Source: Anaeramoeba ignava BMAN (lineage: Eukaryota; Protista; Anaeramoebae). Taken from it: a DNA stretch of 64,000 nt. This document shows, piece by piece, positions 24,001-37,098 of the stretch; the stretch's first letter is position 1, and each line of letters begins with the position of its first letter. A program made the position numbers and the translations under genes. The notes beneath the pieces were generated by a model, which was not told the origin of the DNA, did not search any database, and worked only from the letters and a program-made list of their open reading frames with translations. The stretch is from NCBI GenBank assembly GCA_028826165.1, contig JAPDFW010000139.1, forward strand, positions 57,309 through 121,308, written 5' to 3'.

Positions 24001-25977
24001 TGATTTTAATTATTTGATTTTAATTTTGATTTTATTTTTAAATATTTTAATTTTGATTTTAAATATTCACTTAAAATATCTGAACGTAATAAATAAGGTT
24101 CAATATTTGTCACTTTTGATAATGTTGCTAAACAAATAAGTGAGGTTTCACAATATTTAACCTTCTGTGAAGGAATCATTGATTTTTGAATTTGACTCAT
24201 AATTTTTGGAACAAATTCTTGAATATGCTTTCCAGCAATCTTTTAATATGATATAATATATATAAAAAAATTGGGTTTTTTTATTGTTTACAATTAATAA
24301 AAGAAAGAAGAACAGTAAAAATAAACAATATTTTCTATTTAATAATATACAACAATTAAATCTGACAAAGAAGAAAATGTCTCTTTTAATAAAGAACGTC
24401 CTTGTTTCAAAGTATTAAGAAGATAATTTAATCCCTCATTAAGATAATTTGCACGAAAAAAATCTGGTGAATATTTTGCTAATAAAGGAATTATTTTCAC
24501 TAAAACTGGTCGAATCATCGAAATTTTTGATGATGTATATCGAAAAACAAGATTGCAAGCATCTTTAAAATAATTATCTAAATAATTATCTTGATTTTGA
24601 AAAATTTCACCTTTTGATTTTGATTTTGATTTTAATTTTGATTTTGATTTTAATTTTAATTTTAATTTTGATTTTGATTTTGATTTTAATTTTAATTTTA
24701 ATTTTGATTTTGATTTTGATTTTGATTTTAATTTTGATTTTAATTTTGATTTTGATTTTAATTTTAATTTTGATTTTAATTTTAATTTTAATTTTAATTT
24801 TGATTTTAATTTTGATTTTTATTTTAATTTTAATTTTAATTTTAATTTTAATTTTAATTTTTAATTTTGATTTTAATTTTGATTTTAATTTTAATTTTAA
24901 TTTTGATTTTAATTTTAAATTTTAATTTTGATTTTGATTTTAATTTTGATTTTGATTTTGATTTTAATTTTATAAATGAATTTTAATTTTGATTTTAATT
25001 TTAAATTTAAATTTTGATTTTAATTTTGATTTTAATTTTAATTTTGATTTTGATTTTGATTTTGATTTTGATTTTGATGTTTTTTTTAAAATGAATAAGC
25101 AAAATAAATTTTTAAGAACTAAAAAGAAAATCAATCAAAATTGAGAATAATTTACAAATCACTAATAAACCACCATGAACCAATTCAGGTTTGTTTAGTT
25201 GTATAGTCTAAAAATAAATAGAAAAAAAAAAGTGAAAAAATTTGTTCTCAATTAAATAAAAATTTTTCTTAATACTTTTTGAGCTTCCAAAAATAAATTT
25301 GCATAAATTTTTTTCTCTTGTTTGTTTTGCCTGATTTTAAGCAAGTTCAAACAAGCTGCCAAAGAATTAATAGCAGCCTCACGAATAGCGATTTTTGGAT
25401 CACGAAGAGGAATCCAAATCAAATCCAAAAAACGCGAACTATTCTGATAAACAACATTTGGAACAGCCTTTGAAAACTCAGAAAACACACACAAGGCAGT
25501 CATAAATTGCACTTCATTTCTTTCAGCATCTAACCATTCAAGTGCTCTTTGTATTTCAATTTCTGCCGAAGTGAGTTGCAAAGCGCCTCCAAATTTAATC
25601 AAATGACCCAAAGTTTTTGCAATTAATTGAATCAAAGCAAATCCGTTATTTGGCCGCAATAACAGAGACTTAAGATGGCTTGAAAACCGCGCAATTTTTA
25701 GTGCGCTTTCTTCTTCTTGAACATCTATTAACTTGTCGATTATTAAAACTGCTGCTATTCTTCCATTTTCGTTCGGTGAATTTATTAGTTCAATTAATTT
25801 GTTATTTAGAAGATCAATCATTAAAGTAAAATTTGTTCGGTTTAATTGTGCTCTTTCTGTTTCAATTAAACTTCGTATATCTTTTGTTAGTTTTTTCAGT
25901 TGTTCTTTGTCTTTATTGTGTATTTCATCAAACATATTCCCAAAAAATTGTTTATTTTGTGATGAATTGGAAATCAT
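15011..25977 (-). CDS. TOR: Target of rapamycin kinase (~2739 aa), 8 exons
   Basis: Exons 25977-25276, 25207-25156, 24610-24351, 24239-24071, 23895-23407, 23173-22668, 22358-19394, 18087-15011 (sum 8220 nt, phases compatible). HEAT repeats, FAT (AYAKALRYKE), FRB (ELIRIAILWKELWHEAIEEVSRQYF), PIKK kinase (LLKGHEDLRQDER, GLGDRHPSN, HIDFGDCFE), FATC (NLCQCYIGWCPYW). Confidence 0.97.
18090..19390. repeat. Intronic minisatellite GAATTTAATT / GAATTTAATTAAATATTTT in TOR intron 7
   Basis: Direct inspection. Confidence 0.9.
24613..25078. repeat. Intronic hexamer microsatellite (TTTTAA/TTTTGA)n in TOR intron 2
   Basis: Direct inspection; source of the spurious ILILIL ORF. Confidence 0.9.
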
Positions 25978-26189
25978 TGTAAAAAAAATTAATTGAATTA
26001 AAAAATGAAAAAAAATGAAAAATTATTTGAATTGAAAAATTATCCCTTTTTTCTTTTAAAAAAATGAAGAAAATAAGTAATTGTTTTTCTTGATTTAATC
26101 ATCTAAAATTTATATTAATTATAATAATAAAAAAAAAAAACAAAACAAAATTATTCTTTAAAATTTTGATTTTGTTTCTGATTTTGTTT

Positions 26190-28973
26190 TCATAAATTAA
26201 CAATTTTCAAAATTTGTGTAAAAATATTTTCAAACATTTGAGAATCACCACGTTTGCATTTAATATTAACAGTATTAAGTTGTGATTTCTTGTTAATAAT
26301 TGGAGCTTGTTGAATTTTAATAGAAAATTTAACTAATCGATTTGAAGCAACAATTCTAAACAAATTTGTATATTTCCAATATAAATTTAAAACAGAAAAT
26401 GCTATTTGGAATTGATATCCAATTTCAATTATATTTTTCGTAGTTTGAAGTATTTTGAATCCTGGATCTTCTGGTTTTTCAAGTTGTGGATGTGAAAGTG
26501 ACTTTAAAATTGGTGCTCTTTTTTCCTTCATTTTGTTTTTTAATAAATTTCCAAACCAACTTCTTTTTGGACTTTTTGCTGTTTGTTTTTCATTTGATTT
26601 TTCATTTGGTTTTTTTATCATTTTTCCTTCTGTTCTTAAAAACGGTTTAATTTCATTTGTTTCCATTTCTTTATTGATTTCATCGCTTATGTTTTCTTCT
26701 AAATATATTGTTTTGAATTCATTCGTGATTGTTATTGTTAATGAATTTGGGTTTTTCGTTTTCTTTTTTTGATTTTCTAAATTGTTTTTTTCTTCAGTTG
26801 AATTTTGTTGAGAATTTTTTGATATTTTTTGTTCCACTTTTTTTTGCTTTTGTTTTTTTTGTTTTTTTTCTAGTTTTTTTTTCAACTTTTCTTCTTGTTT
26901 TTTCTTTTTTATTTCTTCTTTTTCCTTTTTTCTTTTTTCTTTTAGTTTTAATTTTTCTTCGTCTCTTTGTTTTTTGTCAAATTTTGGAGCTAATCAAATT
27001 TAAATTAAAATTAAAATGAAAATTAAAATTAAAATTAATATTAAAATTAAATTAAAATTAAATCTAACATTTAGAATTTAATGAGAATCCTCTTCTTTTG
27101 CTTTTTAAAGGAGAAGAAAGATTTGTTGCAAAAGAAGGGTGAGTCATTCTTCTTTGTTTTTCTGATTTTTTATTTTTTTTATCAAATCTTTTTTGGAATA
27201 ATCTATAAAATATTTTTTCCAGATTTAATTCTTCACTCGCTAAAGATTTATATAAAGAATCATTATCATTTTTCCAACCTAAATTAAAATTAAAATTCAT
27301 TTATAATAAAATTAATATTAAAATCATAATTAAAATTAAAATAAAAATTAAAATTAATATTAATATTGAAATTAATATTGAAATTAAAATTAATATTAAA
27401 ATTAATATTAATATTAATATTAATATTAAAATATTAAAACAAACCAAGTGCATCTAAACATTGAATAATTTCTTCATTAACAAATTTTAAGTAAATTGGT
27501 TCACAAAATTTTTCAGGTGGTGCTGTTGATGGTGGAAGATATCCTGTAGAAAAATTTGAACGAAAATAGGGATGTTTTTTAATTTCAGGAATATTTATTC
27601 TTAATGAAGTATCAACTGTTATCATTTGAGAAATAAGATCTGCTTCAATTTCTGTAAAATTTTTTGGTATTTTAAATTTTCCTTTTTTAACTTTTGTTAA
27701 TAATCTTGTGATATTTGAATCATCAAATGGAAGTTTTCCTGAAAGCATTTGATATAAAACAACTCCACAACTCCAAATATCTGATATTCTGCCATCATAT
27801 GGAACACCCTTTAATATTTAAAATTCATTTATAATAAAATTAATATTAAAATTAATATTAATATTAAAATTAAAATTAATATTAAAATTAAAATTAAAAT
27901 TAATATTAAAATTAAAATTAAAATCAAAATCAAAATTAAAATTAAAATCAAAATCAAAATCAAAATCAAAATTAAAATTAAAATTAAAATTAAAATTATT
28001 AAAATTAAAATTCAAATTAAAATTAAAATTAAAATTAAAATTAAAATTAAAATTAAAATCAAAATTAAAATTAAAATTATTATTAAAATTAAAATTATTA
28101 TTAATATTAAAATTAAAATTAAAATTAAAATCATAAATTAAAATCAAAATTAAAATTAAAATTAAAATTAAAATTAAAATTAAAATTAAAATTAAAATTA
28201 AAATTAAAATTAAAATTAAAATTAATATTAAAATTAAAATTAAAATCAAAATCAAAATTAAAATTAAAATATAAATTAAAATTAATATTAAAATTATAAT
28301 TAAAATTAAAATTAAAATTAAAATTAAAATTAAAATTAAAATTAAAATTAAAATTAAAATTAAAATCAAAATTAAAATTAAAATTAATTTTGAATTTAAA
28401 ATTAAAATTCATTTTGAATTTAAAATTAATTAATACATTAATAACTTCAGGAGCAGCATATTGAGGAGAACCACAAGCAGTATCCAACAAACAATCATTT
28501 TTCATCAATTTTGCCATTCCAAAATCACCAATTTTAACATTTTCATTTTCATCAATAAGTAAATTATCAGGTTTAAGATCTCTATGACAAATTAAATGAT
28601 TATGACAATATTCAAGACCGTAAATAATTTGTTGAAAAAAAACCAAAATTTGTTCTCGAGAAATTGATTTTTTTTTCTTCATAAAATTTGATAAGTCTCC
28701 GCCTTGAATATGTTGTAAAACTAAATATAATTTCTGTGAAGTTTCAAATACATCATGCAATTTAAGAACATTTGGATGATTTAAAAATTTTAAAACGGAA
28801 ATTTCACGTTGAATTTTAACTGCCAAATTGCTTTTTTTATACATTTCACTTTTTGAAAATATTTTAATTGCTGCTTTTTCTCCTGTTTCAATATGTGTTC
28901 CAAGTTTAACTTTCCCATAACTTCCTATTCCTATTGTTTTTCCAAGTGTGTATTGTCCAACTGTTGTTGTCAT
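26190..28973 (-). CDS. SNF1/AMPK-related Ser/Thr kinase, BRSK/SAD-like, with UBA and C-terminal KA1-like domain; 4 exons
   Basis: Exons 28973-28437, 27808-27445, 27278-27069, 26989-26190. Motifs GIGSYGKV, AIK, HRDLKPDN, DFG, TACGSPQYAAPE, DIWSCGV, LLTKVKKGKF; C-terminus VNIKCKRGDSQMFENIF. Confidence 0.88.
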
Positions 28974-29129
28974 GGATTATTTTATTTATATAAAAAAAAA
29001 GGAAAAAAAAAAGGAAAATTGAAAAATGAAAAATTATTTGAAAAAAAAATTTTTTTATTTAAAATTTTTTAATCAAATGAAAGGAGAAAAATTACTCATT
29101 TTAATTAATTAATTATCAATTATTTTTAA

Positions 29130-31720
29130 TAATAATTTGTTTATAAATTAATTTAAATTTATTAATACAAAAGAAATATAATCTAATTATTAATAAATTA
29201 TATTCAAAATTAAGAAAGAAAAAAGGATATTTTTTATTATTAATTTTTTATTATTAATTTTAATTATTTTTAATAATAATTTATTTATAAATTAATTTAT
29301 ATTTATTATTATAAAAGAAATATAATCTAATTATTAATAAATTATATTCAAAATTAAGAAAGAAAAAGGATATTTTTATTATTAATTTTTATTATTAATT
29401 TTAATCAAATTTAATAATAATTTATTTATAAATTAATTTGAATTTATTAATATAAAAAGAAATATAATCTAATTATTAATAAATTATATTCAAAATTAAT
29501 CAAGAAAAAGGATATTTTTATTATTAATTTTTATTATTAATTTTAATTATTTTTAATAATAATTTGTTTATAAATTAATTTAAATTTATTAATACAAAAG
29601 AAATATAATCTAATTATTAATTAAAATATATTCAAAAATTAATCAAGAAAAATAAATTTTTATTATTAATTTTTATCAATAATTTTAATTATTTTTAATA
29701 ATAATTTATTTATAAATTAATTTAAATTTATTAATACAAAAAAGAAATATAAAGTAATTATTAATAAATTATATTCAAAAAATTAAGAAAGAAAAAGGAT
29801 ATTTTTATTATTAATTTTTATTATTAATTTTAATTATATTTAATAATAATTTGTTTATAAATTAATTTAAATTTATTAGTATAAAAGAAATATAATCTAA
29901 TTATTAGTAAATTATATTCAAAATTAAGAAAGAAAAAGGATATTTTTATTATTAATTTTTATTAATAATTTTAATTATATTTAATAATAATTTATTTATA
30001 AATTAATTTAAATTTATTAATATAAAAGAAATATAATCTAATTATTAATAAATTATATTCAAAATTAATCAAGAAAAAGATATTTTTATTATTAATTTTT
30101 ATTATTAATTTTAATTATTTTTAATAATAATTTGTTTATAAATTAATTTAAATTTATTAATAAAATTAAAAATAAATTGATTATGAATTAAATATGTCAA
30201 AAATTAAGAAAGAAAAAGGATATTTTTATTATTAATTTTTGTCATTAATTTTAATTATTTTTAATAACAATTTGTTTATAAATTAATTTAAATTTATTAA
30301 TAAAAAAAGAAATATAATTTAATTATTAATAAATTATATTAAAAATTAATAAAGAAAAAAATAAATTTTTATTATTAATTTTTATTATTAATTTTAATTA
30401 TATTTAATAATAATTTGTTTATAAATTAATTTTAAATTTATTAGTAAAAAGAAATATAATCTAATTATTAATAAATTATATTCAAAATTAATCAAGAAAA
30501 AGGATATTTTTATTATTAATTTTTATTATTAATTTTAATTATATTTAATAATAATTTATTTATAAATTAATTTAAATTTATTATTAAAATTAAAAATAAA
30601 GTAATTATTAATAAATTATATTTAAAATTAAGAAAGAAAAAGGATATTTTTTTATTATTAATTTTTATTATTAATTTTAATTATATTTAATAATAATTTG
30701 TTAATAAATTAATTTAAATTTATTAGTAAAAAGAAATATAATCTAATTATTAATAAAATTATATTCAAAATTAAGAAAGAAAAAGGATATTTTTATTATT
30801 AATTTTTATTATTAATTTTAATTATATTTAATAATAATTTATTTATAAATTAATTTAAATTTATTAATACAAAAGAAATATAAAGTAATTATTAATAAAT
30901 TATATTAAAAATTAAGAAAGAAAAAGGATATTTTTATTATTAATTTTTATTATTAATTTTAATTATATTTAATAATAATTTGTTTATAAATTAATTTAAA
31001 TTTATTAATAAAATTAAAAATAAATTGATTATGAATAAATTATATTCAAAATTAAGAAAGAAAAAGGATATTTTTATTATTAATTTTTATTAATAATTTT
31101 AATTATATTTAATAATAATTTGTTTATAAATTAATTTAAATTTATTAATACAAAAAAGAAATATAATCTAATTATTAATAAATTATATTCAAAATTAAGA
31201 AAGAAAAAGGATATTTTTATTATTAATTTTTATTATTAATTTTAATCATTTTTAATAATAATTTATTTATAAATTAATTTAAATTTATTAATAAAAAGAA
31301 ATATAATCTAATTATTAATAAATTATATTCAAAATTAATAAAGAAAAAGGATATTTTTATTATTAATTTTTATTATTAATTTTAATTATTTTTAATAATA
31401 ATTTGTTTATAAATTAATTTAAATTTATTAATACAAAAGAAATATAATCTAATTATTAATAAAATATATTCAAAATTAAGAAAGAAAAAAGGATATTTTT
31501 TATTATTAATTTTTTATTAATAATTTTAATTATTTTTAATAATAATTTATTTATAAATTAATTTAAATTTATTAATAAAATTAAAAAATAAATTGATTAT
31601 GAATTAAATATGTCAAAAATTAAGAAAGAAAAAAATAAATTTTTTCTTTTGAAATTTTACTTTTTCTTTTTAATTAATTAAGTAGAATTGATTTATAAAT
31701 TAATTTAAATTTATTAATAA
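29130..31720. repeat. ~142-bp AT-rich tandem satellite, ~18 copies
   Basis: The aagaaaaaggatattttt landmark recurs at about 29225, 29368, 29510, 29797, 29938 ... 31349, 31491. Confidence 0.92.
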
Positions 31721-31975
31721 AAGAAATATAGATGAAAATTTTTGTTTTAATTTTTTTAATTTGTGTTTTTTTTTTTGATCTTTGATCAATTAAGAAATAA
31801 AAAGAAACAAACTTAAATAAAATTAAAAACTCTTTCTAAAAAATATTTGACATAAACAAATGACAAAAATAACTGAAAAAAAAAAAAAATTTTTAAAAAA
31901 AAAAATTAAACAAACAAAAACGAAAATATTTTTTTTTCATTTTTTTTTCAATTAAAATTTTTTTTAACAAGTTGA

Positions 31976-34900
31976 ATGTCAAATAAAAATTTACAAAACA
32001 AACAACAAAAACAAAAAGGCATTGATTTAAAACAAGAACAAGTGAAAGTTGAAGAACAACAAGAAAAAAACAAAGAAAATGATTCAAAATTCACAAACCC
32101 TATTATAGAGCATTTATTAACACCAGGCGGTAAAATTACAAAAGAAGAATATGATAACTGGGCTTATAGACCTCATACTATTACAGTTATTATTATACTT
32201 GCTATTCTTGCAATTTATTTTTCAATGATTCATCCTGTTGAAGATAGACTTGCTTCTTATAGAGTGTATTTATTTTATTTTTTTTTAAAAGAAAATGAGA
32301 ATGAAAATTTAATTCAATTTTAATTCAATATTCAATTCCAATTTAATTCAATTCAATTCCAATTTAATTCAATTCAATATTTAATATTCAATTCAATTTA
32401 ATTTCAATTCAATATTCAATTTATTTTAATATTAAATTCAATTTAATTCAATTTTTAATTTCAATTCAATTCAATTTAATTTCAATTTAATTTAATTCAA
32501 TTTAATATTTAATTCAATTTCAATATTTAATTTCAATATTTAATTTCAATTCAATATTTAATTTAATATTCAATTTAATTTCAATTCAATTTAATTTAAT
32601 TTAATTTAATTCCAATTCAAACAAAATTAGTGCACTTGCTGCTGGAATAATTGCTTTCTTGGTATTTTCTATGTTATTTTTTTCAGATGGAATTTTAATT
32701 CGACCACATGCATATTTCTGGAGACTTTTAAAGGGAATGTCAGTAGTTTTCTTGATATTCAATGTTTTCATTTTATTTTTATCAAGAGATGAAGCACGAA
32801 AAGTTTATAAATTCATAGATCCAAGTCTTGGTGTTCCATTACCAGAAAAATCTTATGCAACAGATTGTAGAATTTATACACCAGAAGATCCTGAATCAAA
32901 ATTTAAAAACGTTAAAGAGGCTTTCTTTGATATTTTCATTATTGCTCATTCAACAGGATGGGTTTGTTTAATTTCAATTTCAATTCAATATTTAATTTAA
33001 TTTCAATTTAATATTTAATCTAATTCAATTTCAATTTAATTTCAATTTAATTTCAATTTCAATTTTCAATTTAATTTACTTATAAATATTAGTATGGAAA
33101 AGCTTTAGTTATTCGAGACAATTTAATGCTTTGGGTTATTAGTATTCTTTTTGAATTTCTTGAATTAACTTTTCAACATATGCTTGAAAATTTCAAAGAA
33201 TGTTGGTGGGATCATATAATTTTAGATGTTTTTGGTTGCAATTTAATTGGAATTGTTGCTGGAATGTGGACATGCAAAATTTTGAATATGAAAGTAATTT
33301 AAAATTAAAATCGATATCAAAATTAAAATTGAAATTGAAATTAAAATTAAAATTAAAATTAAAATTAAAATTATAATTAAAATTAAAATTAAAATTAAAA
33401 TTAAAATTAAAATTAAAATTAAAATTAAAATTAAAATTAAAATTAAAATTAAAATTAAAATTAAAATTAAAATTAAAATTAAAATTAAAATTAAATCAAA
33501 ATTAAAATCAAAATTAAAATTAAAATTATAAAGTCATATGATTGGACTGTTAAAGCTAAAAAAAGTGAAAGCAAAGCAGTTAGAGCATTTTCATTTTTCA
33601 TTCCAGAAAGTTGGGCTTCATATGATTGGAAAATCTTCTCTTCACCAAAAAGACTTTTATATTGGATTGGACTTGTTATCATTTTAGAATTAGTTGATAT
33701 TAACTCATTTTGGATTAAATATCCACTTTGGATTCCTCCAAATAATCCACTTGTTTATGGAAGACTTATTTTTTGGGGATTTATTGGTCTTGCAGCAGTT
33801 AGAGAATATTATGAATTTGCAACCAATCCGTAAATAAAAATTAAAATTAAAATTAAAATTAAAATTAAAATCAAAATTAAAAATTAAAATTAAAATTTAA
33901 AATCAAAATTAAAATTAAAATTAAAATTAAAATTAAAATTATAATTTAAATTAAAATTAAAATTATAATTTAAATTAAAATTAAAATTAAAATTTAAAAT
34001 TAAAATTAAAATTAAAAATTAAAATTAAAATCAAAATTAAAATTAAAATTAAAATTAAAATTAAAATCAAAATTAAAATTAAAATTAAAATTTAAAAAAA
34101 TTAAAATTAAAATTAAAATTAAAATTTAAATTAAAATCAAAATCAAAATCAAAATTAAAATCAAAATCAAAATCAAAATTAAAATTAAAATTAAAATTAA
34201 AATCAAATTAAAATTAAAATTAAAAATTAAAATTAAAAATGAAACCAAAACTCAAAAAAAAATCAAAATCAAATATAAAATTAAATTTAAAATTAAAATC
34301 AAAAAAAATTGGAAAAAACCAAAAAATTAAAAAAAATTTTAAAATTAAAATTAAAATTTAAAAATTAAAATTCCAAAAAATTAAAATTAAAATTAAAATT
34401 AAAATTTAAAATTAAAGTTAAAATATTAAAATTTGCAAAATCAAAATTAAAATTAAAATTAAAATTAAAATAAAAATTAAAATTAAAATTAAAATTAAAA
34501 TTAAAATCAAAATTAAAATTAAAATTTAAAATTTAAAATTAAAATTAAAATTAAAATTAAAATTAAAAATTAAAATTAAAATTAAAATTAAAATTAAAAT
34601 TAAAATTAAAATTAAAATTAAAATTAAAATCAAAATTAAAATTAAAATTAAAATTTAAATTAAAATTAAAATTTAAATTAAAATTAAAATTAAAATTAAA
34701 ATTCAAAATCAAAATCGGAAAAAAATTAAAATTAAAATCGGAAAAAAAATTATAATTAAAAAATGAAATATAGAAATGTTCATCGAATTGGAGCTCAAAC
34801 TTGGCTTTGTATAGGAATTCTTATTGTTGAAACTCTTCAAGGAATCAAATTTGGAAAAGGATTATATCCAAATCCAATGCCAAAAGTAGTTAAAATTTCA

Positions 34901-35002
34901 TGGGCAATTGGTTTAAGTGTTTTAACTATTGGTTTCACAATTCATTTTACAATTCAACATTATCGTCAAAAAAACGCAAAAAAAGTAGCAAAAGAGAAAT
35001 AA
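31976..35002 (+). CDS. PTDSS: Phosphatidylserine synthase (base-exchange, PTDSS family), 5 exons
   Basis: Exons 31976-32265, 32631-32961, 33093-33293, 33534-33829, 34774-35002. Motifs RPHTIT, IRPHAYFWR, PEKSYATDC, FEFLELTFQHMLENFKECWWDHIILDVFGCN, VREYYEF. Confidence 0.93.
33835..34740. repeat. Intronic (AAAATT/AAAATC)n microsatellite
   Basis: Direct inspection. Confidence 0.9.
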
Positions 35003-35232
35003 TTTTTTTCCATTTTTTCAATTTTTTTTTAATCAGTTAATTTCCAAAATGATCAATTGAAATTTTCTTTTTTTTTTTTTGATTTTCTTTTTGAATTCTT
35101 TTAACAAAAAAAAAATAAAATCAATTCAACAAAAAATTTCATTTTTTCATTTTTTCATTTTAATTCATTTTAATTCATTTTAATTCATTTTAATTCATTT
35201 TAATTCATTTTAATTCATTTTAATTTATTTTA

Positions 35233-36974
35233 ATGAGTGGATCTATTGGTGTTATTGAAGAAGGTTTGTTAAGTTGGATGATTTTACAAAATTCTGCTCA
35301 TAGAAATGCTTTAACAACAAAAATGTGGGCTCAAATACCTGAAGTATTAGATAATTTATCAAGAAAAAAAAATCGGGTTGTAATTTTAACAGGTGAAGGA
35401 AAAGAAGCTTTTGGTTCTGGTATTTAAAATCAAAATTAAAATTAAAATCAAAATCAAAACCAAAATCAAAATCTAAATCAAAATCAAAATTAAAATTCAA
35501 AATCAAAATCAAAATCAAATTCAAAATCAAAATGAAAATCTAAATCAAAATCAAAATCAAAATTAAAATCAAAATTAAAATCAAAATTAAAATCAAAATC
35601 AAAATTAAAATCAAAATTAAAATCAAAATTAAAATCAAAATTAAATAAATCAAAATCAAAATCAAAATTAAAATTAAAATCAAAATCTAAATTAAAATCA
35701 AAATCAAAAATTAAAATCAAAATCAAAAAAATCAAAATTAAAATTAAAATAAAAATCAAAAATTCAAAAAAAAAATTAAAATTAAAATCAAAATCTAAAA
35801 TTAAAAAATCAAAATCAAAATCAAAATCAAAAATCAAAATCAAAATCAAAATCAAAATCTAAATCAAAATCAAAATCAAAATCAAAAATAAAAAAATCAA
35901 AAATCAAAATCAAAATAAAAATAAAATTAAAATCTAAATTAAAATCTAAAATTAAAATCTAAATTAAAATCAAAATCAAAATTAAAAATCAAAATTAAAA
36001 TTAAAATTAAAATTAAAATTAAAATTAAAATCAAAATCAAAAAAAATCAAAATTAAAAATTAAAATTAAAATCAAAATTTAAAAATCAAAATTAAAATCA
36101 AAATTAAAATCAAAATTAAAATTAAAATCAAAATCCAAATCAAAATCAAAATTAAAATCAAAATCAAAATCAAAATCAAAATCAAAATTAAAATCAAAAT
36201 CAAAATCAAAATTAAAATTCAAAATTAAAATTTAAAATCAAAATTAAAATCAAAATTAAAATCAAAATCAAAATTAAAATCAAAATCAAAATCAAAATTA
36301 AAAAATTAAAATTAAAATTAAAATTAAAATCAAAATTAAAATTCAAAATCAAAATTAAATTAAAAATTAAAATTAAAATTAAAATTAAAATTAAATTTAG
36401 TAAAACAAGATCAAATGAAGCTCAATCAGAAAAATATCAAAAATTAATACACAATGCAATTGAATCAATTAAGAATTTCAAAGCACCAATAATATCATTA
36501 ATACGAGGATATTGTCTTGGAGGAGGATGTGGATTAGCACTTTCCACAGATTTACGATACGCAACACCAAATGCAGTATTTGGAATCACACCATCTAAAA
36601 TTGGATTAGGATATTCACAAGAAGCAACTGAAGAATTAATATCTGCTGTTGGATTTCCAAATGCAAAAGAAATTCTTTTTACTGGAAATAGATATGATTC
36701 TCAAAAAGCTTTAAAAATGGGAATCATTAATGATATTTTTGATGAAAATTCAATCGAAAATAAAGTCAGAAAAATTGCTGATATCATTTCTCATAATGCT
36801 CCTTTATCAGTTCAACATGCAAAAATTACAATTAATGAATTAATGAAAAAAGATGAAAAACCAAACACAGAAAAAATTCAAAAAAGTTTTATTACTTGCA
36901 TTAAAAGTGAAGATTATAAAGAAGGAATTTTAGCATTTCTTGAGAAAAGAAAAGCAGATTTTAAAGGCGAATAA
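35233..36974 (+). CDS. Crotonase-fold enoyl-CoA hydratase/isomerase family protein; model incomplete
   Basis: Exon 35233-35419 (HRNALTTKMW...RVVILTGEGKEAFGSG) and exon 36401-36974 (APIISLIRGYCLGGGCGLALSTDLRYA...FGITPSKLGLGY...SEDYKEGILAFLEKRKADFKGE). The exon phases do not match (see findings). Confidence 0.85.
35425..36398. repeat. Intronic (AAAATC/AAAATT)n microsatellite
   Basis: Direct inspection; essentially G-free. Confidence 0.9.
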
Positions 36975-37098
36975 AAATTAAAAATTGAATTAAAAATTGA
37001 ATTAAAAATTAGAAAAATTTCTTTTATTTTTTCTTTTATTTTTTTGCTAGTTCAAATTAAAAAAAAGTGGAACAAAAAAAATTAAATTAAATTTTTTT

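Noticed and set aside
29130-31720. Satellite as a CRISPR array, or as U12 5' splice sites (ATATCCTT on the minus strand)
   Set aside because: The whole unit repeats with no unique spacers and no cas genes, in a eukaryotic context. ATATCCTT lies upstream of the kinase ATG with no matching U12 branch point or exon.
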